From a bacterium (GTDB taxonomy: Bacteria; JAHJDO01), in NCBI GenBank assembly GCA_043824255.1, contig JBDRTG010000047.1, forward strand, positions 281,798 through 345,797: DNA of 64,000 nt, written 5' to 3'. The notes under the pieces were generated by a model that saw only the letters and a list, made by a program, of their open reading frames with translations, did no database searches and was not told the origin of the DNA. A program made the position numbers and the translations under genes. Positions within the stretch are counted from its first letter, which is position 1; every line of letters starts with the position of its first letter. Shown here in pieces: positions 63,432 to 64,000 of this stretch.

Positions 63432-64000
63432 TTATCTTATTCCGTTATGGGTATAGGTCCAGGTGGAATATTCCGATTCTGAAATAGATTCCACATGCCC
63501 GTCAGCAAACAAGACATTCCCCCGAGATGAATGGATATAAAAGTCGTAATTATCCTTCATCCAATCCGGGTACCAGTATGAGGGCCCGTAGCCATCTTTT
63601 TCTCCGATAATTACCGTGTCTGAGGGCTTTTTTATGAGTGTCATTCTCCAAAGCCAGGCGTAAGAAGGATATGCTTCTTCATTCCTTACAGTAACATAGA
63701 GGTTAAAGTCATAATTTAAAGCAGTGGAAGGCTTCCGGGAAGGACAATGCGTTACTCCTGTATCCTTGTAATATGGTTCAAGTTTGACCTCTACGCCATC
63801 CGGATTGGATGGAAAGTATTCATCCCAATCCTGAAGATACATCATCGTCGCCAGCCCCAACTGTCTCAGATTACTCACGCATTTTATACTTCTGGCCATT
63901 CCTCTTGCTTTTGACAGCGCTGGCAGGAGCATAGATGCAAGAAGAGCAATGATGGCTATAACAACCAAAAGCTCAATCAGGGTAAATCCGGCACCCTCAA
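63432..64000 (-). CDS. Prepilin-type N-terminal cleavage / DUF1559 H-X9-DG protein (start lies beyond the right edge)
   Basis: Manual extension gives [47 protein letters not shown]. Confidence 0.9.
   Translation of the reverse strand, partial: EGAGFTLIELLVVIAIIALLASMLLPALSKARGMARSIKCVSNLRQLGLATMMYLQDWDEYFPSNPDGVEVKLEPYYKDTGVTHCPSRKPSTALNYDFNLYVTVRNEEAYPSYAWLWRMTLIKKPSDTVIIGEKDGYGPSYWYPDWMKDNYDFYIHSSRGNVLFADGHVESISESEYSTWTYTHNGIR

Noticed and set aside
63258..63482. 74-aa hydrophobic ORF
   Set aside because: Low-complexity T-rich sequence spanning the IS end; not a credible gene.

Overview
Gene-dense, AT-rich bacterial chromosomal window. A DUF1559/H-X9-DG prepilin-like gene suggests a PVC-related lineage, and the ferredoxin, B12-radical SAM enzymes and V/A-ATPase suggest an anaerobe (both inference). 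In order: (1) a minus-strand glycan locus running off the left edge (rfbG-like, rfbE-like, flippase, GT2, B12-radical SAM; 1-4.7 kb); (2) a PHP hydrolase and an aroE-aminotransferase-dehydrogenase-aroK operon; (3) ferredoxin, FAH and UroD-like genes; (4) LOG followed by a uvrC that has no canonical start codon upstream of its GIY-YIG domain; (5) an unknown Cys/Lys-rich secreted protein behind a perfect consensus promoter; (6) a Na+-type V/A-ATPase operon lacking subunit D; (7) tRNA-Val, tRNA-Asp, ilvD, ilvB, ilvN, ilvC, leuA; (8) a sugar-acid catabolic operon with a divergent uronate isomerase and a UroD-fold protein; (9) an 18-kb glycan cluster headed by a GbsR-like regulator, with three B12-radical SAM enzymes, two His-type C3-dehydratases, methyltransferases and an amidotransferase; (10) PilZ, a GT-C-like membrane protein, a flavoprotein and xerC; (11) an intact 1625-bp IS with an 11-bp target duplication between the prepilin-like gene and a large secreted glycoside-hydrolase-like gene. 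No CRISPR array, rRNA or prophage was seen. All calls come from recognising motifs by eye; no searches were run.
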